DNA of 64,000 nucleotides from Squalus acanthias (Eukaryota), in contig CM059433.1 of NCBI GenBank assembly GCA_030390025.1, positions 9,426,001-9,490,000 of the forward strand, read 5' to 3'. The position numbers and the translations under genes are program-made. Positions 37,636-50,172 of this stretch are shown here, piece by piece (position 1 is the first letter of the stretch; the number at the start of each line of letters is the position of its first letter). The notes under the pieces are model-generated. The model saw nothing but the letters and a program-made list of their open reading frames with translations, did not search any database and had not been told where the DNA came from.

Positions 37636-40600
37636 ACTTTCTTCTTCCATTACTTCTGGAGAAATATCTTGCATCCGCACACCAACCCAAGTGAGGTAGG
37701 GAGCACAGCATCTCGACTAAAAGCATAATTTTCAAAGCATTTTCTAGTCACAAAGCTAACTGATTCATTCATTCGCTCCATGAGCAATTCTCAAGGCTCC
37801 AACATCTGGAGTTCTGAACTTTAAAAGATATTAATTGCTTGTTTATTTAAACACGATAGAAAAGCTATCTTAACAGTTTTGGGATTACACTGGGTACCTT
37901 CCTTTAGTGTACTGCTTTATAGATTTTTGCAAATTATGCAGCTTTTTTTATGACTGGGAAGTCTAGGGATTCACGGCCATGGAATTCCATTATTGTTCAG
38001 CTGGAGGCGAGTAGAACAGTCAAGTGTCAATAAGACCTTGTTCTAGAACTGGTAGGGGTACCGTTTCTATGTAGTGAAAACCTCTCCAGAACAATTCGGT
38101 CAAATTCAAAATGCACCAAAGGTATGTGACAATATTCAATTTTGGCAGCACAAAATAATGATGGGTACTTGCATTCTTTTATTCAAAAAAAGAGATACCA
38201 ATTATATATATATATAGATTTTTAAACGCAGGAGTACATTTAGTTATTTACATACAAGATTCGTCCATGCTTAGCAATACACGGAGTGGAGATAACGCAA
38301 TCTTCACACATTTATATGAGATTATGCAAATATTCTGCATTAGCATTCTAGGATTTATCTACAGGACATCTCCTTTAACATTAACTGGGCTCACAGAAGC
38401 ATTTTAAGGCATAAAACCGACCCCTTTAGCACAATACATAGATTACAAAACCAGAAATAGAGACTGGGTTTAAAATCACATGGCGACATTTCGGAGAGAA
38501 AAGGAGGAAAAATAAAGCTGACATTTATACATTCCTTATTGTTAATATGAAAAAGATACACATTTTTTGCATAAAAACACAGGCTACAAAGAAACCATTA
38601 AACGTTCAAGACGAGTACTACTATTCTGCTGTAATGATTATAGAGAACAGCGAAAAGGACAATGGGTATTCCCAACACAATGTAAAATCCTATAATGTTA
38701 AAAAAATAAGTATTGTAAGACTAAGTGATGTGGTTTGTGACAGAAAACCTTTGTATTTACTCTTGAAATATTTTGCCTAAAACAATACTTGTATTAGATT
38801 GTAAACAAAAAATATTTCCCACAGCAAACCAAAATTGTTTAGCATTAAATATGTGCGTACAGAAAATATGCAGGATATGTGTAAGGGCAAAAAAAAATCA
38901 CTGTCACCATTTTTTGAGACGGATAGCATAGATGCTAGATAAATACACGAGGGAACAAGGAATAGAAGGTGTTGCTGATAGGGTTAGAGGAAATAGACCA
39001 GTTGGGTCGAATGGCTCGTTTCTGTGCTGTAAATTCAATGTAAAGTCAAAAAAAGCGGCACGCGATTTCCTGGATCACGTGTCCCTTTCAAAATAGGACC
39101 TTCCAGCAGTCAATGTATGCAGGCTTTTAAAAAAAAATTATTTCACGGGATGTGGGCGTCGCTGGCAAGGCCATCATTTAATGCCCATCCCTAACTGCCC
39201 TCGAGAAGGTGGTGGTGAGCCGCCATCTTGAACCGTTGCAGTCCGTGTGGTGAAGGTACTCCCCACAGTGCTGTTGGGGACTTTTTGGAATCATCTATAG
39301 GTTCCTGCTTTGAGCGAGACATTTCTCAAATTCTAAAAGCCTTAACAATTATAAAATGGTCAGGGAAACATACCAGCTGAGTCACTATATCTGTCCTGAT
39401 TTGTAACGACTCACAGTAATTCTATAGTAATATTTTCTTCCATTCAGCTAATAGATAAAGGGGATTGTTTTCAGTGATGCTGAATGAGGGTGAATCAAAA
39501 CCTTGACAGTTTGATTTCAAAGACAATACTGAATAAAAAAGAGTGAGTACTGGAGCATTTCTTAAACTCCCTTTTTCCACTGCCACCCTCCCCCTACCCC
39601 GGCCCATGGCGGATTTTCTGATTAGCATTATTTTGACACCAGCAACAATTTAATTGAAATATTTCACTGTGATTTCCAATAGTCTCAGAGAAACAATCTG
39701 AAGTTATTTCTTTCAACATATATTTTGGCTTGCTTATCTTGGCTCTTCTTGAAAAACTGCATTTAAAAAAAAAAAGCAAAGGAAAGCAACTAATCCCGAC
39801 AATCTTGCCGTCAAAGCCCAGGCAGCTATTGGCACTTATCTTTCCTCTTTAGTAGTTTGCCCCATTTGACTTGTGATCCTGAAGGTTTGGAAAGGGGCAA
39901 GTTCTCAGCTCACTGGCAGATAAATTCACTAAGATCTGTTACGTATCAGCAACTTCAGGTAGATACAAATTAATGGGGGGCGTGGATTTAAATATTATTT
40001 GGCCCCCAAAGCGCCAAGGTGTGCAGCTATGCAGCCCATGGAGAAAGCGGGGGCGGGGGGGGGGGGGGAAACTGAACAATGGTGTGTCCTTTTTTTGGGC
40101 GTAAAAATCAAGGTTAGAGGGACAAATTTCAGGTTGCGATATTCTGTGCGCGATCACCCCTGGAAGTGCGTCTGTTGCTAAACTGGAAGCCAGTGACCTC
40201 TGGCTGTGCAGGGTGACCACGTGAAACAGGCGTTAGTTGCCTTGCATATGCAAATAGGGTTCCCAATGTCAACTGTAGGGCTCCGATGCAAATTTGGTCA
40301 TCAAATGGGTGGCATTTACGGAACGCATTCTCTGCCCAGTTGTCGGTGGGTGGCCTAATCAGCGGTACATAAGGGCCGCAGTGCTACTGAAGACTGCTGC
40401 TGGCCCGGGCTCAACGCCCCGGCCCCCCCACCCATCCATTTACCACCTCCCCAGCTGACTGGCTCAGCGTCGACCGAAATACCCAAGGCCCCGACCAGCG
40501 AGCTGCATCGGGACGACCGACTGGCGTCTGCCTTTTGCCAGCTTCCAAAAATCGTAGGCGGGTGTTCGAATCGCGCCACCCATTTTGCGTTGGAAACGTT

Positions 40601-43600
40601 TCTCCCCCAAAAGTTTGGGATCTCCAGCTCTCTGCTATCCTGCTCCTTTAATAAATGACTTTTTGGCTGTTGGTGTCCAATTAAGAAGTGCTGCCTTGTA
40701 TTGCAGCAACACTTTCATATTGTGTAGCATCAACCTCAATTCTTGGGTAAACATGCTGCATAAAGAATAATTTTGTTCCCTGAAAACAATGGAGGTGGTT
40801 GTGCCATTGGCCAATGCAACTGTGGCAAAAGTAAAGTGCTTTGTCTGAGACTTAGCATGGTATTGGCTTCCTTAATTATGTCTTGGTACATAAAGGGATA
40901 TAAACCAGCTTCACTCACAGAAAATGTGCCCTAATTTAGTTTTAATACAATAGGAGTCACGTGTCCGAGGAAGGGAATCAAGCCACTCAATTCAAATACA
41001 AACATCTTGCGGGATTGGTTTGAATTATGCTCTTTTGGTAGCTTTTTTTTTAGATTTAATAGTTATTTAAATCTGTTTGGTCCTGGTCATTTGCTGGAAA
41101 GTATTTCTTAGCCTGGCTGGTTCAAATAATAAAGTCTGTGTGAAGCCTTTAGAGATTAGTCAGACTAGATAGTTTCTGTGGATGGCAAGAATAGGAAAAG
41201 AATGTCACATAAGAATACATAGTTTAGCATAGCAGAGATGACCATTATCTATCTTCTGCTTAGACAAGACAGCCAAGTTTAATAACTGCTGCAAAATCTA
41301 TGTTGTGTCATTGCGATTGTTCACAGTCTCTTACTGTTTAATTAATTGGTTCGGCAATTAAAGGCTAAGTCATGGTCTAGTGTAGCATCACTCTACCATG
41401 GGATAAAACCAGTAGACTGAAAGAAAGTGAAGAGGATTCTCCGTTCAATCCCTGGGAATGCAACTAATTGACCTGGCTGCCTGAGCAAGTGAAAGCAATC
41501 TCTGCGATATATGGAGTGAAGACTCACCTGTGGGAGTGGTCAATGACATTGAAGCCCCAGAAAATCTAGGAGTAAGAGAGGGAAAAAAAATTGTACCAGT
41601 AATATTCTTTTACAATCCTACTGCCATCTGCAAACTGTCAACTGCTCCAGATGATAAATTGTGCATTACTAAATAAGAAACCATTTGTATATGCAGTAAT
41701 TGTTTTGGCATGAGGTGACGACAGGTTTTTAAAAACTTGAAACATTTCACTATTGCCATTGGGCCACTTTTAAAATAATAACGGAGGTGCAAGGACAACA
41801 CTATTAGAGGTTCTCCCTCCACCCCCCCCCCCCGCAAAAAGAAGCCAGAATTCCCTGAAGAATTTCCAATATCCATTTCTGTTTCTCGTTCCAACTCTAC
41901 TCTGCCTCACCTTCTTCATTGTTTGTGCTGCTTGTCCTTGTGTGTGCTCTGCTTAAAATTTGTATTTCCACAGAAATGAATTGCCTGTGTTCACATTCCC
42001 ACCCTCCTATAAGATAACAAATAAAATCATCACGTTTAACGGAAATGAAAAGTACAAAACAAAGGCACATAAATGACATGTTCCAGCAGCCCCTTTGCAC
42101 TTTAGCTACCTACTTAATAAAAACAAAAGCCTTTCTACTTTTTTTCTTGCTGATAGCACTACAGAAATTCTACATAATTATAGAAATTACTTTGGGACAT
42201 AAGAATATGTCTTGCAATTAAGGTAGAGACAGAGCACATGTACACACAATAATGCGATGCAAGTACTGCGAGAACTTGATAGCGAAACATCCAAACTGGC
42301 AAGAACACAGAGCTCACTGACATGACTTGATTTTGCTCTTCAATGTGATTGTTTTCTCGACCCCACTTCCTCTATTCCTTATCATCCATACTTTTGTTTC
42401 AGAATATTGGTTCATCCACAACCAACTTTGAACCATTGGGCTTCTTGTCCTCTTCACTGCCCTCCCCCTTAGTTTGTGATTTTCTAATTACTGGTCATTC
42501 ATCGCGCAAGCCCACAGACCAAGAACAGGGTCAGGAGAGGTAAAAGGTTCAAAATCATTAGATTAAAGCACTGAGGAAATGAGAGAAAGTGGGAGTAAAT
42601 GTGGAACTAGGAAGCAACCAAAGCCACAGATGCCCCCCTTTATACTAGAGTACGCCTCCAACAGCAAGAGCATCAGAAACAACATCGCAATATAAATGTC
42701 ATGGTAGCAGTAGAGGCGCCAAAACCCTCCACCGAGGCGGGTTCATTCGGTCCCTCCAATGGCAAAAGCACGGTTACATTGGGTCAGATATCGTGGTTCT
42801 GGTTGCTGGCAGGCATACCTCTCAGCTTGCTTGTATAAGCCTGAAGCCTGCATTCCGCTTTAGCCATTGCTGATTTGCATGAAATTTAATCTGGGGGGAG
42901 GGCACAGGTAAAAATGATCCCAGTTGTGAATGGAAATGTGGCTTCAATGCAACTGGGGCCTGTGCAGTATAAATGCGGCAATTTGGCATTAACAGGTACT
43001 GGAACAGTTAATGAACCAGAATATAAAAGCTGCAAGACAGAACCCAATCGTCATTCCAGATAAATGATCAAGTCTGGTCACACTAAGGCGGAACTGAAAG
43101 CCTTTCCAGAACTGACCCGTTGTGACCCTTCCATGTCTTTCCAATTAACACTGTGGAACAGAACATGGACTCGACAGAGGGAAGCTGCCACAATGAGAAG
43201 TATCCCAATTTACACTCACTTTAAAGGGTAATTGTGCTACGGTATTATCCCTTTTTTTCTTTCAAGGGGTCCATTAATAAGGTTCAAGTCAAGAAGCCTA
43301 AAACGAGAGTGAAAATTCAGATCTTTTGTGCTGATCTTCATGGACCACAACCCCAAACCGCAGTAACTTTTAAGAACTGGTTACTAGAACCAATGTCAAT
43401 AAACACCAGTTCTGACATTGAGCAAGATTTGCAAGGGTTTTACACGTTCACAGTCCCACCGACAGTAATCAGCCTCCACATCTGCAGTCAAATGTTATTA
43501 CAGAAATATTATTGCAGATATCTTATTAAGAGACAATGCACCTTTATACATTCAGAAACTTTCAACAAACAGATAAAAACATGGATATTATATTGTACGC

Positions 43601-43903
43601 AGATACAGACAAACGGCATGAAAATCACACCACTTAGTAATTATGAAACCTTTAAATGCCCAATTCAAATCAACAAAAGTGCCCTTTGATAGCTTTTATA
43701 CAGTAAAATAGATTTTTGGCCCTTTAGAGACAGGGATGTGGGGTTTTTTTTTGCATTAAAACAGCTCTCTTATTTTGATAAATAGATGACCTTTCATAAC
43801 ATTACTTACTACAAACATTTTGTTCTGACCGAGGGTCTACACCCAAAATGTTAACCTGCCTTTTCTCTTTACAGATGGTGAAGTAGCTGCCGTGCCTTTG
43901 CAG

Positions 43904-43909
43904 TTTATT
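43904..43909 (-). terminator. Candidate proximal RNF144A polyadenylation signal
   Basis: AATAAA on the minus strand about 400 nt after the stop. A distal candidate lies at 38178-38183. Confidence 0.45.
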
Positions 43910-44305
43910 ACAAAATTGCATTTTCATATAACCTTATTCAACTTATATATTTTGTATTTAAATGCAAAGCTGTACATTGCCAAGAATATTGCTTCTTTTG
44001 GAAACATTTTAAACAAGTACTTTTCTAAGCTTACCACCGGTGTTCCAGAGCTTTTGTGCAGAGATTTTCTCTGAATAAAAAGAGAGAGTCTCCTGGGCAT
44101 CAGATTTTTCCTTTTCCAAACAACTTTTTTTTAAAAAATTGACTGCACTCTCAGACTCTGGAGTGTGATTTAGCTGTGCAAAGCGGGGAAAGCAAATTTT
44201 GGCACTGGGATATACGGTGGGCCAAAATAAGACAGTTTAAGATGATAGGTTAAAATAGGAAAGAATGTTCATAAAATGCCGTTGTCCTGTTTTCTGTTTC
44301 TGGGC

Positions 44306-44437
44306 CTATGTGGGTAAAGGATCATCATCTCCTTTGTTACATTTGCACTTGCAGCAGAGGACAAATGGTGTGGCAAGGAGGAGGAAAGGTGATGCTACTA
44401 ACAGCAAAAGGCCAAATCCTGCAAATATTCCAACTAC
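44306..44437 (-). CDS. RNF144A: RNF144A last coding exon (transmembrane tail)
   Basis: tttag| acceptor. VVGIFAGFGLLLLVASPFLLLATPFVLCCKCKCNKGDDDPLPT*, stop TAG at 44308-44306. Confidence 0.97.
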   Translation of the reverse strand, partial: VVGIFAGFGLLLLVASPFLLLATPFVLCCKCKCNKGDDDPLPT

Positions 44438-45374
44438 CTAAACAGGGGAAGAAGATAAAACATGATTACTATAACAATGAAAAAAAAAACTAGACTCTCA
44501 TTCAATAAAGTTATTACCTAAAACTGATGAATCAACCTTAATCTTAAAATATTTACCAGTGGGGACAAAATATTTCTTTATTGTCCGGAGGTTCGACAAA
44601 TTATCAATTTTAACAAGAACAAAAAGGAACAGAGAGACAGATGCATCAAGTAGCACAATGGGCAGACACCAAGAACATAAGAGCATATGAAATGAGAGCG
44701 GGAGTAGGCCGTACGGCCCCTCGAGCCTGCTCCGCCATTCAATAAGATCATGGCTGATCATCGACCTCAACTCCACTTTCCCACCCGATCTCCATATCCC
44801 TTGATTCCCCTAGAGTCCAAAAATCTATCTATCTCAGCCTTGAATATACTATGGGGAACATTATGGGCAAATATATGGGGGAAATACATGTAAGTTTTTA
44901 AAGTTTTGCTATAAATAATGATTAGTGTCAATCTTCCCCCTATATAACTGGCAATTTTCATAACCTTATTACTTTTGCTTTTAGCAGTCAACACAGGCCT
45001 TTTCCACATTAACACAACTTCATATGATTTGCTTAATTTCTGAACAATAGATAATTATTCAGAAGCAGATAATATTTTCACACAACCACAAAGGTGACCT
45101 GCTGTCCGATTGACCTCAAACCCATGCCCTCCTGAAACTGCTCCAGAAAGCCAGTCAAATCCTGGCCTGTCAAACACATGTATTTCTATTCCTTGTGCAG
45201 TTATAACATTTTCACCAAAGTTATATATTTCAGCAGTAAAATAAATTTTGCACAGAACGGATAAATATTTTAGTGTATTTAGATTCTAACTACAAAATAT
45301 CCAGGTATATAAGACAATTCAGCTCTTGTAAAGCAATTGATTTTAGTCCAAAAAAATCTGTGGGACATTTATAG

Positions 45375-45967
45375 GAAGTTATGTGAGAACTGTATACAAC
45401 ACTGGTTAGGCCACAGCTAGAGTACTGCATGCAGTTCTGGTCACCACATTACAGGAAGGATGTGATTGCACTGGAGAGGGTGCAGAGGAGATTTACGAGG
45501 ATGTTGCCAGGACTGGAAAACTTTAGCTATGAGGAAAGATTGGATAGGGTGGGGTTGTTTTCCTTGGAAAAGAGGAGGCTGAGGGGAGATTTAATTGAGA
45601 TGTATAAAATAATGAGGGGCCTAGATAGAGTGGATAGGAAGGACCTATTTCCCTTAGAAGAGGGGTCAAGAACCAGGGGGCATAGATTTTAAAATAATTG
45701 GTAGAAGGATTAGAGAGGAGATGAGGAAAAATCTTTTCACCCAGAGGGTGGTGGGGGTCTGGAACTCACTGCCTGAAAGGGTGGTAGAGGCAGAGACCCT
45801 CATCACATTTAAAAAGTACTTGGATGTACACCTGAAGAGCCGTAACCTACAGGGCTACGGACCTAGTGCTGGAAGGTGGGATTGGGCTGGATAGCTCTTT
45901 TCCGACCGGCACGGACAAGATGGGTTGAATGGCCTCCTTCTGTGTCATAATTTTTCTATGATTCTAT
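45375..45967 (+). mobile_element. CR1 LINE 3' fragment
   Basis: ORF 45429..45692; tail ttctatgattctat. Confidence 0.9.
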
Positions 45968-47779
45968 TTCACTCCATTTTTTTTGCTCAAAATTTGCTGT
46001 CCTTGATGCAAAAAAAAAAGCACAAAATCCAAAAGTACAGAGAAACATGTTTGGGGACAACTACAATTCGTTGACATTCACTGCAGGAGATGTTTTCTCC
46101 AAGCCTGCCTTACACAACAGCAGTAACATTCAGTAGGAAGTACGAAGATGGAGCATAGCAGAGATAATCCGCCAAATCCCTATTTATATACACTTAGTAA
46201 CAGCAGCAATATCAGCTAACAGCAGCTCATATTCCAGCTGATATGTGGTAACTGTCCTCACTGTTTGATGCTATCTGCAGGTTTATCATTTCACTAATTA
46301 TACAGACTCTCAGACCCTGCAGATGACACATTCCTTTAGTACTCTCTGTACAATGGAATACTTTTTAAACAAAATATGCATGAACCTAATTCTACAGTTT
46401 TTATGTCTAATCACAAAGATCAAGGAAAGTGTGGAGGAAGATTTATTTTCAATATATAACATTCCTCACTCCCTCGCACGCCCCCCACCCCCCACCTCCC
46501 CTCCTCCCATCTAATGTGGAAAACTGATTTTAAGAAATAAGCCTCCTATCTTGTAGGAAGTGTTCCTGAAATACACCATTTTGTTCTCCCCTCTCTAGCT
46601 GTTGTCCAATATGACGAGTACCAGCGTGTGGCTCCCTATTTAATCCGACAAAGTCCAAATTCTTCCTGGTTCTGGTTTCCAATCAGAAGATAGAGAAATT
46701 GAGAAAAAATACTACCAGTCAACCAAAACTATGAACTCTAGCTGGTTTTTTTGTTTTCTCCCATTCAACGTGCAGGATGAGAAATGATGCTCATCATCTG
46801 GATTGCCTACAGTCGCATTCCTGCAGCTAGCTGGTAACTCAGCAGCCACCTCAAGAGAGGGGAGACCTGAAAACAATTAAGTGCTCAGGGAAAGGGAAAC
46901 CAAGAATAATTTTACCACTTTTCCACATTACCTGGATTTTGATTTCTTGGGGAAGGAGAGGGGACAGGAGGAGAGTAATTTATGATAAAATTGTAGCCCA
47001 TTACACCGACTCTTCTTGGAGTATTTCCAGTGGTTCCTGAGAATAGTACCGGCAGAAAAAGCAGTATGAAGTTTATCAGCTTCACTGCTGGTGCAATACT
47101 TGTCTCCATTTTGAGCTCTCGAGACACCCTTGCGAGCTAAAAGTGCCAAGCATTTATTGAGAACATGCAGCAAAGGAGTCACGAGGGAGTCAGATACTGA
47201 AATCTAGCTGGGGTCAACAGAATCTTTTCATGTAGTTAAAAGCTGCTCCCAAATTGATCAGGAATGACATGATCACTGACACCATTGGGTAATGATAAGG
47301 ACAGCCATTTCACTAATACAATAGCAATATACTGCGGACGCTGGAAATCTGAAATAACAACAGAAAATGCTGGAAAGACTCAGCAGGCCAGGCAGCATCC
47401 GTGGAGAGAGAAACAGAGTTAATGTTTCAGGTCTGTGACTCTGCGTCAGAACTGGCAGAAGTTGGAGATGTAACAGGTTTTAAGCAGGTGACCGCTTTGC
47501 GGAACACCTCCGTTCAGTCCTAAGCGTGACCCCGAGCTTCCGGTCGCCTGTCACTTTAATTCTCCCCTCCACTCCCACTCTGAACTCTCTGTCCTCGGCC
47601 TCTTACACTGTTCCAATGAAGCTCAACGTAAGCTCGAGGAACAGCACCTCATCTTTCAATTAGGCACTTTACAGCCTTCTGGACTCAACATTGAGTTCAA
47701 CAATTTCAGACTATAACCCCCCCCCATTTTTTCAGGCGGCAGCTGTTGATGATTCTGCCATCCCCATTTGCAACATTTA

Positions 47780-48678
47780 GGGGGGAAAATTCAGTTGGTT
47801 GCGCCTCCCGTTAGCGCCTTAAGAGGGCGCTAATGGGGCGCAAAGCAACTAGCGCCTGGGCGCAGCGATGTTTGCGCCGCTCGCGAAATTAACGAGACAT
47901 TTTGCGGTGGCGCTAAACACTACCGCCACGATCTCCTGCGCCGGCAGATCGTGACGTCAGTCGAGTGCGCAACGCCCCGGTAGCGCCTCGGAGCGGATAT
48001 TGAGTGGCACCCCCTGCCTTACCACCTGCCGCTAGCAACGACAGGTTGAGGGGAGCGTTTTGCAGTCAGGAAGGGACTGGGGGAGCGCTATTTAAAGGCG
48101 ACCGCTTCCTGCCTTTTATTGTTGGTGACATTTTTGAACCACGCATTCTGAGAGAGAGAGAGAGAGAGAGAGACTTCTGGAGAGATTCAACGCTGTGTGA
48201 AGGAGTTTTGGGCACTGAGCAGCACTTTGCAGGTTCATTTTGATTTGCCCTTCCTTGTATCGATTTAGAAGAGACTGTGGGGGCTGCACTCTGAGCTCTT
48301 TCCCTGGTACTCTCCATTGTTCTTTCCAGCAGATTTGATGTACAGGTCTCTCCAGGCCGAGATTCAAGGCTGCAATGAGCAGGATGTGGATGGAAAGCAA
48401 GATCAACCCTCCCCTTTAAGAACTGGCCGGCGCCATTGTGTGTGTGTTCCATTGCTGACTGACATCACATGAGCTTCGCCAGCGCTCTGAGGTAGCGCCT
48501 CGCTCCTCGGCCTTTGCGCCTTAAGACAGGTGTGAAGCGCCTGATTTAGCGCTACAATCACCTCCAGGGGCGATAAAGGTCAAGTTTGCAGTCGGAGGCG
48601 ATAATTAGCGCCAGGCGCTAATCTTTGTGCCCGGCCGATAATTGCGCCCCAAATGGGGCGATACTGAATTTCTCCCCC
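47780..48678. mobile_element. PIF/Harbinger MITE nested in the Penelope-like element
   Basis: TIR GGGGGGAAAATTCAGT / ACTGAATTTCTCCCCC (14/16). TTA duplication at 47777-47779 and 48679-48681. Many subterminal GCGCC/GGCGC motifs. Confidence 0.85.
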
Positions 48679-48789
48679 TTAATCTCTCCTGAGTTCAATC
48701 CTAGCAGACTGTGCCTTTAGTTCCTTCCTCCCCTCACCCTCCCCTGCCTCTGCACCTGCTTAAAACCTGTTACATCTCCAACTTTTACC

Positions 48790-48826
48790 AGTTCTGACGA
48801 AGGGTCACAGACCTGAAACGTTAACT
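48790..48826 (+). ncRNA. Minimal type I hammerhead ribozyme motif
   Basis: AGUU-CUGACGA-A-GGGUC(ACA)GACCU-GAAAC-GUU-AACU. Confidence 0.7.
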
Positions 48827-48950
48827 CTGTTTCTCTCTCCATGGATGCTGCCTAGCCTGCTGAGTGTTTCCAGCATTTTCTGTTGTTATTACAGCCATTT
48901 CACTGACAGCTTAGAGTGACAGTGATGGGAGCAGGACTTTTTCTACTCAC

Positions 48951-49040
48951 CTGGGTTCTGTGCCAGATGACGGAGGCACGAGTATGGCCAAGCTTGTTTC
49001 GGCAAGGTCCTTTATCATAGTGAATTAATAGAAAGTCATC
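48951..49040 (-). CDS. RNF144A: RNF144A penultimate coding exon
   Basis: 90 bp, phase 0/0, cag| acceptor, cag|gtgagt donor. [30 protein letters not shown]. Confidence 0.97.
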
Positions 49041-49937
49041 CTGTTTAAAAAAAGAACAATTTCAAGAGATTAACATTGTTTCACCCAAGCAAAGTCCATT
49101 TAACTTTCTCCTAAATCTCATCTAAGTGATAGCATTTGAAATTAATTCTTCAAACGTTAACTTTTAACAGGGGCTATTACTATCGTCTCTTCCAACAAAT
49201 TAAAGGCAAAGCTTAACCTTGGTGGGTAAAGACAACAGATGTTTTTTTTTATTTACAAAAACAAGTCACATGCTACAGTTTTTACTCCTGCTGTTTTTAA
49301 AATAACCCCATTTACTGGCTCCTGTTTCTTTCCATTCGCTACTGAGAATTTACTAAAGCACAACAAGTACTCACTGGGGACGAGAGAGAGGGGAAAAAAG
49401 GCCACCCCAAGAGCCAGCTGTAGATTGTCAACAATCTAAAGGCAGCACTCTCGGTGCTGCAATGAGAATCTGCCGTGAAAGGCTCACTGTGCTGCACATC
49501 ATCCGAGCACATCCCACTCAATTAAGTGATAAATTAGTCGCCCACAGGGCCTCCAACGCGATTAGATAAATGTGGGCTCAGTTGGTAAGTGTACCGCCGG
49601 TGTGGATCTAAGCCACTCAGACCAGGAAAGCCTCACATGTTCATTTCCTGGTTTGTCTTGAAGTTCGCTAATCTCAGCCGAGACAAACAGTCGGGGCACA
49701 AGTGCACCCCACCCCCCCACCAGATCCTCGCAGCTAGGTAAAGGTTAAAACCAGGCACGGCTCTCACTCTTGACTGCCGTCCATTTGCTGGAAGATGCGT
49801 GCGTGCACGTGCGGACATCGGGGTAGAGTTTCCGCTTGTAATGCCAGCACGAGGCGGGCGAAATCGGCTGAACCAGCACAAAATATCAGAGAATTTTAAA
49901 ACGCAACTGAGTTACGCCCAAAACCACTTACATCTGT

Positions 49938-50172
49938 ATTTAATAAAAAAGCAAAAATACTGCGGATGTTGAAAGTCTGAAATGAAAACAGAAGATGCTG
50001 TAAATACTCAGCAGGTCAGGCAGCATCTGTGGAGAGAGAGAGAGAAACAGAGTTAACGTTTCCAGTTCTGACGAAAGGTCGTCGACCTGAAACGTAAACT
50101 CTGTTTCTCTCTCTCTCTCTCTCCACAGATGCTGCCTGACCCGCTGAGTATTTCCAGCATTTTCTGTTTTTA
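49938..50172. mobile_element. Penelope-derived hairpin mini-element
   Basis: Inverted arms of about 85 bp. TSD TTACATCTGT at 49928-49937 and 50173-50182. No coding sequence. Confidence 0.8.
50064..50100 (+). ncRNA. Minimal type I hammerhead ribozyme motif with GUA cleavage triplet
   Basis: AGUU-CUGACGA-A-AGGUC(GUC)GACCU-GAAAC-GUA-AACU. Confidence 0.72.

Larger units (their letters stand above)
47315..48890. mobile_element. Penelope-like remnant with inverted termini, hosting a nested MITE
   Basis: 14-bp TSD ACAGCCATTTCACT at 47301-47314 and 48891-48904. GIY-YIG fragment on + (about 47487-47715). Terminal repeats point in opposite directions. Confidence 0.88.

Noticed and set aside
31000..38100. 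RSAD2/viperin exons or pseudogene
   Set aside because: No CxxxCxxC, GGEP, SNGS or C-terminal W motif seen in any frame by eye. Highly decayed remnants cannot be excluded without TBLASTN.
43234..43689. 151-aa plus-strand ORF
   Set aside because: Non-ATG start, AT-rich, antisense to probable RNF144A 3' UTR, and no domain-like features.
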